A stretch of 35,353 nt of DNA from Octopus bimaculoides (Eukaryota), in NCBI RefSeq assembly GCF_001194135.2, contig NC_068985.1:3610063-3645415 (forward strand), read 5' to 3'. The translations under genes and the position numbers were made by a program. Below the pieces are notes generated by a model. That model made no database searches. It was given only the letters and a program-made list of their open reading frames with translations, and was not told where the DNA came from. Each line of letters opens with the position of its first letter. The stretch's first letter is position 1. This document shows positions 31,320 through 35,353 of this stretch, in pieces.

Positions 31320-31587
31320 CAGCGGTTCTCAAGTGGGGGTTCATATGACCCTGGCTGGGTGGGGTGGGGGACAATATAAGATTTAGTTGCTAAAATTTAT
31401 GTGCAAGAAATTGGTTATGCTTTTCTACAATACACAGAATATTTTTTTAAAATTTCAATACAATTCCTCTTAATATTTAATTCTAAAAATACATAATTTT
31501 TTTAAACATCGAATGGCTGCAAGGGTCTACCCAAGCACAATAAGAAGCAAAAGGTTCATAGATAAAAGAAATGGTTGAGAACTACTG
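31320..31587. mobile_element. hAT (Charlie-like) MITE
   Basis: TIRs CAGCGGTTCTCAA / TTGAGAACTACTG; left 8-bp flank ATCTAGAC fits the NTCTAGAN Charlie target, right flank GTCTTGTG is decayed. Confidence 0.8.
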
Positions 31588-31609
31588 GTCTTGTGGATCG
31601 GAACCTTCT

Positions 31610-32260
31610 TTCCAGCGTGTGCAGATAGACCTGTCTGTGACCCACGCTCTATCAGCTCTGTTGTACCCCGGGTGTTTCTTCCTCTACATCAATGACCTAC
31701 TTAGCATCACTCATAGTAACGCTTCCTCCAATGTAAAGTCTGTCACTCATCACTCTGATGTAATCTTCCTCACACAAATGTCATCCATATGTAATCTAGA
31801 CGTTTTCTGAACCACATCCATGAAGCGGGACACCGAGAAAAGTCTCCATTGATGTTATATTAATCTTGTCTCGTTCATCGGCGCAAAGACACAATACATA
31901 AATATTGCAAGTAAAACGTATTGTAACCCTAGTCATGGAAAAATGCAAACTGAATCTGAAATTGTTCGAAGCAAATTATCTCAAAAAATGTCTTTACTAT
32001 CTAGGGCCAGAAATTGCTTCAGCTCACTCAAATTGCTGTATCTCTAGAGGGTCGTGTTGGAGCCATGGACGGACCCCGCCCCCAGACCACGTCCAGAAAA
32101 AGCTATCACACTAATTGAAATGACGTTTCTCACAACACTATACAACGGACATGTTCTCTCCTCGCTGAGCCTCTTTTAACCCTCGGAGTTGGTTGGTCTC
32201 ACTCTAATTCATCGAAGTCAAACTAGTTTTCTCGTCTCTGTTCTGTCACTCAAACTGTGG
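31610..32260 (+). mobile_element. Highly decayed LINE RT fragment (same group as 27790-28930)
   Basis: RVQIDLSVTHAL...FFLYINDLLSITHSN corresponds to the PQG..FLLYINDLL..YADD region; later DHVQKKLSHLI-like. Confidence 0.7.
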
Positions 32261-32959
32261 TCTTTCCCGCTAGTTCCACGCGAGAATCTGTAAGGAGACT
32301 ATATGTCACAAAACCAAATACCGGAATCCCGAAAAGCCAAATTATCGAAAGTTTTAAGTAACGAAAACTAACTTACTGAATCCTATAATTTTGATAATTT
32401 TGGAAGATGAGACGCTGAATTTTGAGCTAGTTAAGGATCATATTTACTAAAGAATATTTAAAGTGTACTCTTGTGATTCAATATCAAAGACTTAATCGAA
32501 AATGCAAATAGTTTATTTATAGAATACGACAGCTCTTTAAATTGTTTTGGTATAAAATAATTTCATTATTTCAATACAAACATAAATTTACCGAGACTAA
32601 CTGAGTCAGCTATGTATGCCTGGTCGAGTGGGCAAGTATTTGCATCTCTGGAGTTACATTTTGGAGTTGGCGTCTGGTGTGACTTACGTGTAATAATGTT
32701 TATCGCAGAAGCTGTGAGAAACTTTCACGGAATATTTATTACTATTTTTATACCTATGACTATCTGGGAAATGGTTATTTATCAAGGCTAGGAATTGCCT
32801 ACCTTCGTTCTGTCTTAGCATTCAAAGACAAACGGGGGTGAACCATATGATCTTCCTTGGTCTATTTTTAGGCTTTGTACTTTTTATGGTAGGGGTGTAA
32901 GTTATCTTCTCTTTTAAGACGCTGTTAACTATGGCTGTGTATGTACTTTAGAAGAATTA

Positions 32960-33830
32960 GCGTCCTGCTGAACAATCTACACCAAACCCTGAAATTTACA
33001 AAAGAGAAGAGCCCTACAACATTGTCATTTCTTAATAGAATGGTAACAACAGTTGTATATTAAAAAGTTACAAACTCAGTACCTAAACGTTAAATCATGT
33101 CACCTAGCACATGTAATATATAACATCCCATCCTATCTAACCAAGAAAATTTGCACCGTTATTGATGATGTAAATATCAGAGAACGACAAGCAGAACTCA
33201 AAGGATTTCTATTTAAACAAAAATATCTGCTCCTATTTATTCAAATGGAATTGATTGCACAAAACAAATACCTTTTGAGCAACCCAAGAAAGAGAAAAGC
33301 AGGAAAGAGGAGATTGCAACTTTTGTAGTGATCCATAATACGCAGATTCGTATTTTTAACGTTGCCAAATGAAAACTTTCTATAGTCAGACAATGTGATA
33401 AGTTAAATGACTTAATTATCAATCGAACAATTGCTAAAGAAGGTAAAGTTTGATGTAAACATCAGTGATAAAGAAAACATAATAGTATCTAATTGCAATG
33501 ATGTTCGTTGTTATACATGTCAGTTTCGAAATGCTGATCATTATAGCAACACAAAACCAGAAGACAAATATTTACAAATATGATCTGTGAGAACAGAAAT
33601 ATTGTATACTGTGTTAAATGTTGCCAGACTAGAGATTCTTTATCAGAACGCACACGAATACACCGGCAGCAAATTAAGATACTTATGTCAGGCAAATCTC
33701 TTCATGTACTCTTGTAGAAACATGCAGCTATAAAACAATTTCTAAATTACAATTTCATAAATTTTATGATTCAAATGATGTTAAAATACAAAAGAATAGA
33801 GATTTGCTCAGATGTGCAAATCAGTTTTGA
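32960..33830 (+). mobile_element. Decayed Penelope-like element: RT C-terminus plus GIY-YIG endonuclease
   Basis: LLNNLHQTLKFTKEK..LSFL, QYLNVKSCHLAHVIYNIPSYLTKKICTVI, ELKGFLFKQKY (PLE RT thumb); then NCNDVRCYTC and NMICENRNIVYCVKC...SLSERTRIHRQQIK (GIY-YIG, with the YIG segment deleted). Confidence 0.82.
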
Positions 33831-34197
33831 ATGGATATGAATTTTAATTAAAGTTTATTTGAAAATAACATTCATTCAAAAGTTCATGGAATACGGTAGC
33901 ATGCTCTCCATGTAAGTACACTTCGATTAATTAATTGTAGCCACTGTTGCTATGAAAAGATCAATATTCATTTAAATATCCACCTAAATGTATTTGCTAT
34001 ATAAGTATTTACCTAAATAAAACCGTTATCACAACAAACATTCACCTGATGTTTGTTGTGAAAAAATATATATAATTAACCGAAAAAACCTGGGTTTGTT
34101 GAAGTTTGATTGACTAATATAAACTTTCTGTATACAGTTTCACCGACCATAAGTAACTATATAAGTAAATACATACATACATATATGCATATATCAG

Positions 34198-34229
<32 letters not shown>

Positions 34230-34447
34230 TGTATGTCGAAATTGCAATAGAGAATTTAACAATTTATTTTTAAATTGTGGATTTTAGATATCATGTCGCT
34301 CGCAGACAGCTTTATTGTGAGGAGATAAAATATGATTGATAATAGTGGCTTTATAGTGGTTTTTGACTGCTATTTCTAAACATGTAAAGGTTTTTGTAGC
34401 CCTCTCTGTTATAATTGTGATTTATTCAAAATTATAAACACTCTTCT

Positions 34448-34480
<33 letters not shown>

Positions 34481-34568
34481 GGTTCAAAATTGTACAAAAA
34501 AGACAGAGATAGGTGAAGGAACAGCAAACAAGGTGTATTAGTTTGACACACAGGGGATATGTGAGAGT

Positions 34569-34604
34569 CTTTGATGTTTCGAGCCTACGCTCTTCTGCAG
34601 AAAG
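34569..34604 (-). ncRNA. Decayed minimal hammerhead in Penelope-like terminal repeat
   Basis: Minus strand CTTT-CTGCAGA-A-GAGC(GTAG)GCTC-GAAA-CA-TC-AAAG: helices I and II are perfect, but the core and helix III are mutated. Confidence 0.65.
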
Positions 34605-34867
34605 GAATGAGGATAGAAAACTGATGCAGGGAGAGAAAAAGCATGTTTGGCGAACACGTTGAATTCATATATGGCCTACTTGGGTAAAAGAAAATACAGG
34701 AGGATCAGTTAATTATGATTTTATTTAACATATTCCCCTCACAGATTCATACACTTATTGCAGCGATCCTTCAGTTTTTCTAAGTCCTGTAAAAGAACTC
34801 TGAAGTTTGGTACTCCTACCAGGCTTTTCACGATGCCCTTAAAGCCAGGGACTTCTCAGTACCAACT

Positions 34868-35010
34868 CGTGTGTGTGTGTCTGTGTGTGTGTCTGTGTGT
34901 GTATGTATGTATGTATGTATGTATGTATGTATGTATGTATGTATGAATGTATGTGTATATGTATATTGTGTATATATATATATATCTATATATATAAAAA
35001 TGAGAATGTG

Positions 35011-35041
<31 letters not shown>

Positions 35042-35044
35042 GTG
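34868..35044. repeat. Compound microsatellite (TG, TATG, TA, TCTG)
   Basis: Direct reading. Confidence 0.95.
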
Positions 35045-35353
35045 AATCCCTAAAACTCGAGAACTACGCAACCAATTTCATTCAAATTTTACACATGCCT
35101 TACTTAGGGTTCCAGTTGTGTTTTAGTAAAAAAAAAATTATTAACTTCTTGCAGAGTTCGAGCACACGGCAACATAATATCTACTCCACTATTTAAGTAT
35201 TACGTGTCAAAAGTGAAACAAAAACACTCATGTCAAATACTTTCACTTTAAAAATGAAACTATTCCACTAACTGAAACAATCACATTTCGATACTGTAGT
35301 GACAGATACTTTCACAGAGAGAGAAAGTGAGAAAGAGAGAGACAGAAAGAGAG

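Noticed and set aside
2406-35196. Long ORFs of the track rich in HT/VC/YI/MYVC/YIHT or X
   Set aside because: They are translations of microsatellites and N gaps, not genes.

Overview
AT-rich, repeat-dense, microsatellite-rich eukaryotic DNA with nine assembly gaps. The SINE, LINE and mariner repertoire looks like an octopus (coleoid cephalopod) genome; that assignment is inference. Main contents: (1) A three-coding-exon gene on the + strand, split across three unrelated entries of the ORF track (16775-16863, 20093-20170, 23545-23728). It encodes a 116-aa calcitonin-type neuropeptide precursor: signal peptide, RKR, GCDSKIGGLGGQCPTYHTSLDLDRWRYLDSSQSP, G-RRKR. (2) Nine minimal type I hammerhead-ribozyme motifs, intact or decayed, from several families with different palindromic helix III sequences. 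They sit in an inverted pair, inside a TA-flanked MITE, behind a tRNA-type SINE head and in an intron of the gene, and a decayed Penelope-like RT + GIY-YIG element lies in the same window. (3) Three truncated copies of a restriction-like-endonuclease (R4/Dong-like) non-LTR element whose visible junctions mostly fall in (CATA)n. (4) Many tRNA-derived SINEs, two mariner fossils, CR1/Jockey-like LINE fragments, a hAT MITE and several inverted-repeat elements. No CRISPR, rRNA or intact tRNA gene was seen.
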